A DNA stretch of 64,000 bases from Chrysomallon squamiferum. Its lineage: Eukaryota; Animalia; Mollusca. Position numbers and translations under genes: made by a program. The notes under the pieces were generated by a model that saw only the letters and a list, made by a program, of their open reading frames with translations, was not told the DNA's origin and did not search any database. The stretch lies in assembly GCA_012295275.1 (NCBI GenBank), contig CM022665.1, forward strand, positions 31,496,001 through 31,560,000, written 5' to 3'. Shown piece by piece: positions 25,701 through 39,800 of this stretch (position 1 is the stretch's first letter; every line of letters begins with the position of its first letter).

Positions 25701-28700
25701 GTAATTGGTTTGTAGAAAATTTAAGTGTATATGCATGCTTCTGTGTTTAGGTCAGTAAATGTATGTATATGTGTGGCTATGACAGACAGTGACAGACAGA
25801 CAGAGAAAAAAGACAGAAAGATATAGAGAAAGAGAAAAAGAATGGGATAAAAAGTGAGAGAACTTGAGAACAGATAAAGTCAACAGAGATGTATAAACAA
25901 CTGGACATTTATGCTATTTATCAAAAATAAAAGATACAATAAGCTATTTCAATCTCTAATGTTTGCTTAATCAAATTATCTTTAAAAAATGTCTAACATG
26001 TTTATCAATTTAATTCATTTAGTTAGTGTTCAATGTAAAATTAAAAAAAAGGAAAATTACTTTTTGAAAAAAATTTGGTGATTAAAATATATTATAAAAT
26101 TATTTAAGGTGATACTGTCAGAAAACTCTAGTAAACAAATATTCATAATACTGATCCTGTTAATGAATTAAAAACTACATATTCTTTATTCAAATCAATA
26201 TCTGGAACTCAGATACAAATGAATAGTTTCAGATTTTAATTCTTCTATACCACTCCTTCAGAAGCAACAACTTTTAGAAAAAACATTGACAGTCCACTAT
26301 ATACATAGATGTTACTGCCTCACTTAAAAAAAAAAATAATCATATTTTAACAGTTTCCATTTTACATCAGTATCTAAAAACAATGGTCAGCTGCAATATC
26401 ATAGTTTATTAGAACAAATATTTCTGTATTACTAATGTTTTAATAATACATACTGTCACTCACCTTTACCCTTTTGAAATTTTAGTGTTGTTTTATCCAT
26501 TTTTGAAATTATACATCCCTCACAGAACTGCAGTTACAAATATATGTATAGGTACACACACATGCGGTTCTGTATTAACTGACTGGGTGACTGTCAACCA
26601 CTCACTCCAGTAGTCTAGTGCTGCTCCAAACAAAACCAAAGTGTCACTAAATCTGTCACTTCTGTGTACCTTCCAATTATACTGAACAATATATCCTATA
26701 TACAACAAACAGACACTGAATACAACCGATATTCAACATAATGATTAAGATTAAAATAAAACTCTCTAGGATTTAAAAAACGTTATGTCACAGGCAACAA
26801 AAATCCAGCACCTGCAAGCTGTTACTTTTTAGCGTCAGTCACACAAAAACATATTTTCCTTCAGTGCAAAACCATTGTTTGACACATTCAGTTAATCGTG
26901 AAAAATGTGCAGTGCAGACTGACCACAGGACAGTGTCCACACTAGAGAAATGCGTGGTCAACTGCAGGACATGACAAGCTCTCGCTGTTTGTATTCAGGT
27001 ACGGTCAAGGGAAAGAGGTCATATTAATACAAGGGGGGTTGTCTCACAACATGAAAATCAATTCAGAAATTTTTACCGGAAAGGAAAGCAAATGGACTTG
27101 AATTGATTTAGGAAGTGAAACATACAAGTGTGTGTATGTATGTAGTGTGTGAACAACACTGAGCATTGCACTGACAGTGACACATCCTGATAAAAATCTA
27201 TATAATTGTTTGGTTTTTTATTTCACTTGTTATCAAAGCTTCTTGTGTGCTTTGTATCTTTCACTACTACAGTTGTGAAATTCAGCCAAACCCAATACCC
27301 AATACGTCTTTGTTAGGTTGACCTTCTTTTTGTCAATACATCAAAGTAGGTGACTGGTATTAGCTGAAGTTACTCCACAGTGGAAGATTCTATATTTGTG
27401 TCTCTGTGTGTCAAAAGACAACAGTTTAAAAACACTGAGTAAAACCCATGATCTATAGAACGATAACATTTCTGCTGTAACATTATTACCTGAACCTGAA
27501 ATGTATCAGTTCATAAAAACATGTTGAAAAAGCTGCTGGTGTAATTAATGAGTTAAATTTTTTCAAACTGTGCCTGAGATTGTGTCAACATGTGGAAAGT
27601 TGTTGGCTTCAGATTGTTTAATGAATAAGTAAATATTAATTTGTTTCATGATACCTTAGCAATTTAGTATTTTTCTGTTAATACTGAAATGTATTAGTTG
27701 TTAAAAACAAAAATATTATTTTATAAATTTTGTCTGAAATGTTTGAAAATGTATGTCTGTGTGAATGTGTAATATGTTTATACACTTTGTGTTTTTATTT
27801 TAAAACATGTATGTTTCATTGAATAGTAAGCAGAATATGCCTTTAGGACATTTCTAAAAATATTTTATCTGATGACCTCAAAACAACATCTTCAAAACTT
27901 TAATTTCATATTATTAATATTTATGAGCATTTAATTTAATTATACACAAGCAAAAGTTAAGTTATATATATGTATGTATTATTCTGAATTTGAGTAGATT
28001 TAATAAATGTCTTAAAAATATTCTATACATTCTCTTTGAAAACAGCTGCATAAAAAAAAATATATATAATGAAATAAAAATTTGCTTCTTATAAATTCAA
28101 CAAAAGATTCATATTTCTTGGCACTGGTTAAATTGGCAGTGGTCTGGCTTTTATATACATGTGTGCCAACTGAAATTTATCTTCAATAAGTATTAAACAA
28201 GTATTAATGTATATTTACATGCATATACATATCTTTTATTTAGTAGGTTCATCCATGCATAAAGGTGGCAAAGAATGTGCTTGCTTTGTTACCTAACAGC
28301 TACCATTTCTTTTCCCTTTTCTCAATACTACCAGAATAATGTATGGAATTTGAAAAACAAAAACAGGAAATGTTAAAAAAGAAAGAAAAAACCAGAAACA
28401 ATTTCATACATTATAATTTTTTTCATTTGTTGCTTTTAAAATGTTTACAAGGATATAAAAACATATTAATGCAATTAAAAGTGAATGGAATATATTAATT
28501 TTGTCTTTTTAAATGAGATTTTTAAAATGTTCTAATATGTGTTTATGTGTCTTTCTTTAAATCTGCATGTGTATGTGTGCTTCTGTACTTTTCAAATTAT
28601 AAATATTAAAATAAGATCAGATATTTGATGAAAACTAACAAATAAAAATATACATTCACTCTAATCAGTTTTAACATATGTACATTATTTTCTTAAACCC

Positions 28701-30685
28701 ACATAACTACATCCTAACTTTTCTAATTATTTCTTTTAACTTAATATACCCGCAATGTTTTTTAAAATACATGATCATGCCAGCATCATTCCTGGACATC
28801 AGATCAGCTACCCAGTAATAAATCTGAATAAAAGAAATAAACACCTTAAAAAAACTGGAATAGCAATTCATTACATTTATTATATAACAGAACAGCATTA
28901 TTATCTTCATTATATAACACAACAGTATTATTATATTTAATATACAAAAGTATGGTATTATATACATTTTTATTATATACAGAATATTTTTATTATATTT
29001 ATTATATAACAGTCTAGCATTATCATAAAATATTTTTGAAGTGGCCATTTGATGAGCGCATCAAAATGTAAACCAAACATATCTTTATGACAGGCCATAT
29101 ATTTCTTAGTTTTTTCTTCAACTTAAAAGTTTTCTTGGTTTCTCTGTAGTTGTTTCCTAGAAGCATCATGTTTGTATTACACCATATTACATATTGATAT
29201 CTTTGAGACTGATGTGTACTTAAACACCATAAATTATCTCTGAAAGTATGTTATAAGGGTTGCTAAGATCTGAATGAATTCATCAGCTTATGTAATTCTT
29301 GTTCAAACCCTTTATCTTTCAGCAACTTCAATAAAAAGTGGCAACAAGTTTTGGAATTTGGTTAATTAACAGCAGCATGTTATCCAGGGCTTGTGCTCCA
29401 CACTTTCTTTTTAGTAATTTCAACAAAAATTTGCAACAAGTTTTGAAATCTAGTTAATTAATTTCAGAAGTTTCTTCAGATGACTTCAAGTTGACTGAGT
29501 ATAAAATATTTTTAAAACAAAATAAAATATGGAACTAAATATTTTAGAGGTTCTTCTTGGGTTTTTTGTTGTTGTTTTTTGGGGGGGATTTATAGTTGTT
29601 TATCTTCAGTTTTTATTATTATTTATTTTTATATTATTATATTTAATTTTAAAAATGGCACATTATTCAGCATATATCTTACAATATATGTTGTTGTTCT
29701 AGTTGTTATTTTGGGGGTTTTTCAAATGATATATTTTGTTATATCTTTGTATATCTGACTTACTATATTTTTATAATCTGCTTACACTGGTTAATTTTTT
29801 ATTTAAATTTACATCTGAGCACACCTCAGTATTAATGGTTTTAACTAGTAATGCATTTCTTGTATAATAACGGTATTACAGGAGAAAAACCTTTTCATTA
29901 TCTGCTGTTGATCAGCATCTTTTATGAGCACCTTTCCACAGAGAATGACATAACACATCCTTCAACAAACTTGTTATAGAGCAATGAGATGAATGGGAAA
30001 TTCCCCAATTGGCTTTAAGGTTTTGATATAACAACTGATAAATTCATCATAAAGCAGTGGACTGAATAAGAAATAACTAACTGCCTTTGAATTACTTGTA
30101 GTTCCTTATATAACAGTGTTAACTTTTTCACAGATACATTTCTATACTTCTAACTTGTCTTCTTGTTCAGTTTGCTTGAATGCTCTTTAATGTACTGTTT
30201 ATTAACAGCAAACTGCAAAATGTCAAAATCTCAATGATTTTTCTGCTTGCTAAAACATGAAATATTTACCTGTTAATTATCAAAGTGAAAAGCAATTAAC
30301 ACCTGTACAAGTAAGAGACAGACTTCCAATTTAGGGTGTTTCTCTCATGTTTTTGAATTTAATGGGTTATATAAACATGTTATATGAATGAGTGTGTATC
30401 AGTTACACGTGATAAATATTGACTAAACTTGTCACAGAGGTCCTAATACATGTCTTAATAATATTATATAAAAAAGTATACACTTATGAAGTGTGTTGAT
30501 ACTTGTTTAAGAAACTCTTTATCATTATCTGATATGTTTTTCTGGTATTTGAAAGTTTTTGTTGTTGTTTTTGTCTGTGATGTTGCCATTAGATTTCAAA
30601 ATAACAAAACAATGTAAATTTGGTTCTGTTAATTTAAATTCTTAACATTTTAATCTAATTCAGTAATAATTTACACAGACACACA

Positions 30686-30716
<31 letters not shown>

Positions 30717-30731
30717 TTACATCTATATATA

Positions 30732-30774
<43 letters not shown>

Positions 30775-33700
30775 ATAATCTATTACTCTCAGTCAAAATA
30801 AATTACATATTTTTAAAAAACCATGAAGAAATATTTGAAAAATGTTTTAAATTTTGTAAATAAAGTCATTTCACTATATATTATTATGATAAAAACATAT
30901 TTTGACTATGTTATAACCTAATATAAAATCTGTTTTAACTGAAGCCAGTAATTGATGGGTTTTTTTTTACTACTAGCACTGGCTAAAAAGAAATTTTTAT
31001 TTTAAATATTAAAATTCAGTAACTAACCATTCATGTTAATTCTAGCATTAAACTGGGAAGGATCTTCTGTCTGTTCTAAATAAAGACATGGTTCACACTT
31101 TTCTCTTCCCAGCAGACATCAATTGTTGAAATTTCTGTGGTCATTCCATATGCATGCAACATTTGAAAAACAAATTAGAAGGAAAAGAAATCTTCTTTCA
31201 ATAATTTACCTGAAAATGGATTTCAGTTATTAATTACTTGCTACAGTAGTTGTAGTAGTATGTATCACACCATCTGGTATAGGCAGATTAATGTGTGTGT
31301 GTTTGTGTGTGTGCAAATGTGATTTTGTCTGTGTGATACGTATATTACAGTTATATCCAGGTCTGTAGAAATATGTGCCTGACTGATTATGGTGAGCACT
31401 GTTTGTGTTTGTGTATGTGTATGTGATATGTGTGTGTACGTGTGTCTTCGTATATGTGTATGTATGTGTTTGTATGTTTGTGTGTGCATGCATGCACGTG
31501 CACATCTGTAAAATATTTAGAAAGGTAAATATTTAAATACTATGACAGGGGATGCAAATAAATATAATAACTCTGTGCTCTTGTACAAGGAAGATAATAA
31601 TACTGTTCTGTTGCATAATATATATAATAATATTGTTCCATTGTAAAATAAATATAATGCTTTTTTTTAACTGTACAAATAAATATATTTTACTAGACAG
31701 CAAATATATTAACAATATTTTTTTGTATAATACAATATCATGCCATATAATACATTGGTGTCTCTTAATTCAAATTTGATCCATTTGAACTTTTACTTGT
31801 TTGAATTTGAATCAATTTTTCCCCTACAGAAATAATGGAAATGAAATAATTGATTCCCAAACCCAAAATCAGCAACCATTTCAATAAACTTAAACAGCAA
31901 ATACATGTAATTTATAGATAAAAATAACACAACTAAATGCCCCAAAAAATAAATTAAATATGAAAACAATAAATAAAATACTTAATTACTTTTTACTTCA
32001 ATATTCTTCATAGATGTCATGGTTATATATATATAAAACACAAGAGAGTTACTCTACAGAAACTTTTGCAGTGAGAGATAAACTGGGTGCACAATAGATA
32101 GTGTTTAAGCAACAAGGGCATTTTTTGCAGCACGTGCAGTTTCAATGTAAAAGTATCATTCAAGCTGCAGATGTTGAATTTAGCATTCAAAATCAGGAAT
32201 ATTCCAAGCATGAAGCACCAAAGTATTTAAGTTATATAACATTATTTGTTTGTACAATAAAAATAATAATATTCTGTTAGTGTTAAATAATAAAACAACA
32301 CAATTCTGTTGTATAAAATATTATTGTAATTTTTTATGTTGTGGTTTTATATTATTTTATTTTACATATCCATATACTAGTCATAGAAAAAACATTATGT
32401 ATATGTTTTTATTATAATTTAAACCATAGCAACTGTCATTTCCTGTTGCCTGGGGATAAACCTATTTAGATTATGTAGTGTTAACACTGCATGTAGATGT
32501 CAAAGTGATATTTCTCTCCTCAGTGACAAACCACCTATTAAAAGCTTGTGCAAACATCTTAACAAAATCCAACACAGATAGGCAATGAAAATTCAACATG
32601 AAAAATCAATTTTCTAAGATTCTTTCATGATTTGTATTCTGATCCTGTCAACAAGATGTCAGCAAGAAGACTTCTTCAAACAGAAAATCTTTGAAGTTAA
32701 TCACAGTTTGCATTTAATAGTAAGGCCAGGCCAAGCCATGATTAATCACCGAAGGATTATCACTGACAGTTCTGTTAAGGAACACTGGCATAAAAATAAT
32801 TATATCATCATTTTTATTAAACACATATAAACACTAGACATATTTAGAGTATTTGAGTTTTTTTACAATGTTATGTTAGTATTAATTTTGCAATTTAAAA
32901 CCATATACAATATATAGAATGTGTGTGTGTTTGTGTGTGTGTAAAATTATAAAATATCCATATTTTATCATGAGAAATTTTAAACTTGAATGGTCTCAGT
33001 ATTTAATATCTTAAAGTAGATGTGTATGTATGTTTGCATTTGCAGTACAAAAAACAAAAAAATCTTAAAATATAGGTAAGTATTAATTTTGAGATACATA
33101 GTGCATATATATATAAATAAAATTATAAAATATATTTAACCATTTCAAACTTCTGGTGATTTAATGCCTTTGTGTAGATGTGTATGTTTGTATGTGTTTG
33201 TCACTTTGTGTTCAGATGGATAGGTCTGAAAAACAATACTTCCAGAAAACCCAACATTTTCACACATGAGACAGACACACAGAAAGACAGACAGAGACAT
33301 ATAGAAAGAAAGAAACTGATAGAGAAGCTGAAACTGTTTTTTGTAAAATGCTCAAAAGAACACTTTTATCTATTACCAAAACAAAAATCAAAACAAAAAA
33401 AATTATAATAATAATAATAAAATAAAATTAAATAAAAAATAGCACCTGAATTATAGCATATTAAATGTATAGAGCTTACATGTAAAATCTGCCAGTAATA
33501 AAGTGATTAGCAAAATTGAAATCTGCTTCAGAACAGTAATAAAAACACTATTTCTGTTACCTATATACAAATTTATATACTTCGGTTATCACATGTAGCA
33601 GTTACTGCTTATACAGTGTACAGATAAATACTTGTCTGTGATAAATTATTAGTTAAACTGTAATCTTAATCAGAGAAATGATATCAAAAATACTATTTGT

Positions 33701-36700
33701 TTCATATATGATTATATCTGCTTTAAATGACACAGACATAAGCAATAATAATGTCAATGCAATGAAATACAGTACTTACAGATAAAGTTGCTAAAGATAC
33801 ACTGTTTTGAAAACAAAAATAAATATGCTTTATTTAAATTGCTTTTTTTTTTTCTTTACTTTACAAACTTGTTTTATTTCATATTCTGGTGTTTTCAAAT
33901 ATTTACACATTTATCCCATAGATGTTTACATTCAGTTCCATTTACTTTTAATATCTGGACATGGAAGCAAATGTTTCTGAAATGAATCAGCCAATATTAT
34001 CTAACTATATATCACTCCATGGCCATGAGGCAGATGCTCCTTTCAGCCAGAACTGCTTAAAAATAGCTACTTTATTTTCTCTGCTTCCTACCTTTTCAAT
34101 AACTCTGCTAATAGCACTTGAAAGAGCTACCAAGGTTGGCTGGTTAATAATTTCTTCGTCTCTGCAGTGGTGATCCTCTGAGGATAACAGTATAGATGAA
34201 CATGTGAAGTAAATCTCACTATTATCTTTATACATGTCATCACAGATTGCACCGACATGCAGACATTTATTCTTTTTAAGCTCTGTTTATTGTTATTATC
34301 TGAAATGCCACAAAATAAACTAATGATTTACAATTAGGGAAGGATATATGTAGGTGAGAATACTGCTTTAGAAAGCTCTTTTACTGATTTACATTTGCAC
34401 TCTTGAGATCTTGCTAAGTTCTTGGCAAAATGCCTTATACTTAGTTTTAAACTTTTCTGTCTCTATCAAATTTAACTGCTAATGTTTTAACTGAAGCTTT
34501 AAAAATAAAACTCCAAAACTGTTTTAACAAATAAAAAATAATATTGTTGCCTGCAAAGAGAATAAATAATTCTTTCTTCCCTACAGCTTAAAGCATATCT
34601 TTAAAAGTAGTTTTGTAACTATATAATACAAAATTTAATATGTTCAGTTATTTAAAAAAATATATAAATATATTCTTCATCTAATAAAAAATTAATGTAT
34701 CTGATATAATGGACAGTACTATGAACCTCAATTTCACAATAGTACTTCCCTATTTATTTATTTATTTAAATTCTATTTATTTATTATTAATTTATTTTTA
34801 ATTTAAAAAAAAACATTATTTATTTATTTATTTATTTATTTACTTATTTATTTGTTTATTTATTTATTATTATTCTTTTACATTTAATTATTCCCCCCCC
34901 CACCTATCCCAAAATAATAAAAATGACTTCACTTTGACAGTTACTTCCTTAGCTTTTAAACATTTATTTCTTCAGTTTTATATCTATGGGTAGGTCTGAC
35001 ACAAAAACAAATCATAAAGTTAATGTCTCTGTTTCAGGACCAAGGTCTTCCCCATGAAGCATTGATCTCCAAAAACTGGTACAAGTATTACATCCAGATG
35101 GTGTGAAGACTTCAGTTTAATAATGAATCTTGTGATGTGTAATGAAGTTTACTGACCATGGCTAACCAGGAAGAGATCCTGCTGGTTGCCACATCAAGAA
35201 TCAAGAGCATGAATGAAGAAACTATTAACCCAGTGTTCAGGGTCACAGGATGTTTTACTGCTTCCATTTAGTTACAAGTCCATCTCTACCAGAAACTAAT
35301 GAAATTTTTACTACATCAAGTGTATCAATAGGACGACACCCCAAAATTGCTTGTCAGTAGAATTTTCATTTTACCCATCACTGTTGATCATAATTAAAAA
35401 AACAAAAACAAAAAAAACTATCCAGTCTGATACAAAACAACATTTATTTATTTATTTAGTTATTTATACATGTGAATAGATGAATTTGAAACCTTAACTA
35501 GATAATTAATTATTCCAAATATGGAATTGATTTATTAAATTTTTAACTGGTGGGGAAAGTTCAGGCAACCACTGGGATAAGCTTACCTAGAAATAAAAAT
35601 TGTTTTGGAAGAATGCAAATTTGGTCGTAACAGCCAAAATTAACTATCAGCTTATGTGACAGAAATAGTTAATGTACTATATATAGGTTCTGTAATCCTC
35701 TACAGGTTTTCAGGTGCAAACATAAAAATATGTGAACTGGCAGTTAATTTTCATAACATATTTTTCTTTAGATAATAAGAAAACAAAAAAACAGAGACGT
35801 ACTGTGAAGTGTGATCATTTCTTTTCTGTTTTTTGTCTTTTTTTACTGAATTTGTTTTTCAGATATATATTTTATTGTATATTTTAACACAATGGGGAAA
35901 AATGAACTTTGTAATTTAACTGATTTTAAATATTTTTTGTTAAAAATAGTTATATCTTCAAATAGGTGTTTAATTAATCAAATTAATAATTCTACAACAT
36001 GGAAAAAGATCTATTTTGAAACTGTAACAAACCTACCTAATAAAATGAAATCATACATAGAACTGTACAAATCACAAAACAATTTCAGCATTCATATTAA
36101 ATTCTTAACAGTATTTTATTACTACAAAAGAAAAACAATCATATGTATTTTTTATATTTTTATTTATTGTTTGATTGACTGACTGGCTGATTAATTAACT
36201 AATTGATTGATTGATTGATTGTTTTTTTTTTAACAATTACTGCAGTATCATTTTCTGATCTAACTGCACTAACAGATATAAAGGTCTTAATAACAAATCT
36301 GCTAAACTATTAAGTAGGGAAGACAAGTTTGTCAAATAGGTTATGGACCTGATGTTTCATAGCAGTTAACACATCTGAAATACACATTACAATTATTAAC
36401 ACTGGAATCTATAAAACACATACACAGGAATATCATGCTGAGTAGTCAGTGATATTTTTCACCCCCAAAAAATTTGTGCTAAGGTGAAATATGCTGCTGC
36501 CTATCAAAATATCAAGCATTGTGTCAGTTTACTGCCTGAAGGTCAGATTTAAAATACAGGTTTTCTCAATGGAATGAATACTGCATGTAGTGTAATAGAG
36601 ACAGGAGTATTGGTATTTACAATACAGATCAAGTGCTACAGGTCTTATCATCTGACTTATGAAGAATTCTGTATGTAAGCAGAATTCAATAAAGAAAATT

Positions 36701-36776
36701 TATTATGATTTCAAAAACATACAGACATCTTCATCCAATTCAAACTAATTTAAACTGGATTTTCCAAACACACAGA

Positions 36777-36809
<33 letters not shown>

Positions 36810-39800
36810 CTTTTTGGGGGTGACTTAAACTGGATTTCATCTAGGGAATTTAAACAGGATTTGTATATAACATCTAATTTAATTTTGAGAAAATTCTGTC
36901 ATAAACAACAAAATGTTTTAATATTGTAAAGACTGTTAGTTAAACAGAAAGTACATTCAGTTTCTGTATTGTTTTCTTAAACAATAAAAACAACAGAAAT
37001 AGAATGTCACTTTTAAAGAAAGAAAACAAAAATACATATATACTGAAAAACATATTCTTTAACAAAGTATTTTCCAAATATTAAAAATGCTGAAGACTGA
37101 CTATCAAATATATTCAAGATAAAACATCAAAAATATACATGTGAATTGTGATGAAACATTTCAATTATCAGCTAGTGTCTTTTAAAAGCTCAAAACCTTT
37201 TCACTTTTCAGTTAAAGAAAAAGACACATCAGTTGTAGATTAAGAGTTGGAATGGGAACAAATACACTACTGAGGTTTTGTTGGAGCTATCACATCCTAC
37301 GTGAGCATTCTACTGTACAAATTACAATGTGAACCTTTTGCCCACTTTATCAATGTAAAACACATTCTTTTATTTTTTTATTGTGCGAATTTTCTGCATT
37401 TCCTATCAGTAAATTTGTATACTGAGATATGTGTATTAATAAAACTATTCAAGCATATTAATCACATATGGTTCATTTACCTTACATGAATATGGAGCAA
37501 CTTCAGGATTTATAAAAATAATGATAACAAAACATCCCACCTATTAGTAAAACAGTTTGCTCACAAAGATATATATTCCCATTCTATCTAATGACCAAAG
37601 TCAGTTTGTGAAAGGCACTGGTATGTGTTTCACTGTTTCTATGAAACAGATATATATATATAAGATTCTTCTTATTAACTGATAAGAAATATCCATTAAA
37701 TGAGAGAATGTGTTTTATTTGTTATAATAATAAAAAATAATAATAAAAGCATATTATCATGGAAAGTGCTCATAATCAATAAAAGCAGCACATGGAATAA
37801 AGGCTGGAGTTACATTCAAAGTTCCATACTTACAAAACAAAATTATTGTACCTTTTAGAAATAATTATATATTTTTCCAGTAAGCATGGATTAAAAAAAC
37901 CTTTTTTTTTACTGTTATTTTGTTTTTTAACACAAATATGTTTTTGCACACAGAATTTACAAAAAAAAAATAAAAAATTAAAGAATGCATTTAGATATTA
38001 TTTTACATCTCTATATCAAATCATCATTTCATCTTAAATTTTGAAAAACAATCATGTTTTATTACAGTGAGCATGCTTCACTTACATTCTTCTTCCACTA
38101 TAACATCCTCAATATGCACACAAGTACTAGGATTTTCCACTGATTCTGGTATATCCTTGGTATCCATACATTCCAAATTTTGATTATCATCTTCACACCT
38201 AGGCTCTCCAGTAAAGGTAGTTTCCATGTTAGATATAAAACAAGTGAAATTTTTGTTTATTACTGTTACACAAGTTAAGATTAACTCAGATGAAATATAT
38301 GTATTGTCTTGATCCTTTGAAGAGAAGTCAGAATAATGAATTTTAAAGATCAGTTAAACTTTAACTGTGCAATCTGTATACAAACTGTTGTGTCTTTTGT
38401 TAACAGAATATAACATTCTGCTGTTGTAAAGTCACTGGAAAGAATTTAAAACAAGCATTCAAAAGGGCAAATATAAACCAAAAAAAAAAAAGCTCCTGTT
38501 AAACAGGAATAATCTCAAGGAAAGCTGAAACATTATTTAAAAATAATATCTATAAGCTCTATCTTCTGAACTTTTTCTTCACTTCCCTCTTTTCCTTTCT
38601 TTATCACTGGATAGGATGAGATAAAAAAAATTCAAAAACTTTTGAACTCGTTAAACAACAGTAAACTATGAAAATAGTCATAATAATCTGCAGGTGGCAT
38701 CTATCATTATCTGAAGCGTTGTTTATTCTCTTTTCTCTTCCTTTCTTTACAACTGGATGGGACAAAACATCCATGAACTTAAGTGAAAAACAGTAAACTA
38801 TGAAAACAGTGCTGATGTTCTACAGGTGATATCGACCATTCCATTATCTGATTTTTTTTTTGCCTCTTCTCTGTTTCCAATTTTCTTTATAACTGGATGG
38901 CTTGAATGTTCCAAAACAAATGATCAGGTCCTGGTGAAAACTATGAAAGCAGTGGCAATGATATGCAAGTGACCTGTAAAGACTGTAACCTGAATTTTTT
39001 TGTACATATTCCTCATCTCTTCACAGATAGATTGGTCTAACTTACAAAAAAAATGGAACTTCTTCCAGCAGGTAAGCTGTCAAACACTACAGCCAAAAGA
39101 CTTTTGGCCATTTCTTCCATCTTAGCTGACAGATCAGGTCTGTCGACAGCATGGAGGAATCACTCTAGTGGAATGTTGTTTGTTGGGGAGTTTTTCAACT
39201 TCTTGGTGCTATCATAAACTGGAAGCATCCATTCAGTGTGATAGACCACAGTGCTAGACACAGATAAACACTCTTTTACAAACACTGGTTAATCTAGAGT
39301 CAGGGATTAAGGTCACCTTAGCCCATGATATGTTAGTAATTTTATATTAAATTGCTGGCAAATAAAGACATCTGATACTATACAAAAATTAAATTAATCA
39401 AAGTATGATGCGATTATTATAATTACAATTTACAGTTTATTTATGTTTTTGGTTTTTTATTGTTACTGCTGCTGCTGCTGTGTTTGTGTGTGTGCATGTG
39501 TTTATTACTTTCACCTTGTATGCACAATTCTATAAAAGTATACAAGGAGTTATAAACTTTTAAACATTTATAATAATCATTAATTAATTAATTAATTAAT
39601 TTAAAAAAATAACTAATACACTATTATCATCAATAATAATAACAGTATATTTAAAACAATTTTATCATCATAAATATTCATATTTAGTTTTTAAAACTGC
39701 TCAGAGATCAACACCATTATTTGTGATAAAACCTATATATTTTTTATTTCATAATGCATGCCATGTACTGATCTGTAATCAACAAATAGGTAGCAGCTGC

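Noticed and set aside
31230-31505. His/Thr-rich ORFs
   Set aside because: Degenerate TG-rich simple repeat.
34005-34235. 76-aa protein-like ORF on the dystrophin strand with a nearby acceptor
   Set aside because: No recognisable homology, and its best internal donor (AAG|gtagga) is phase 0, incompatible with exon 2; not supportable without transcripts.
38575-38975. Repeat-spacer-like pattern suggestive of CRISPR
   Set aside because: Whole units are degenerate tandem copies, the context is eukaryotic and there are no cas genes.
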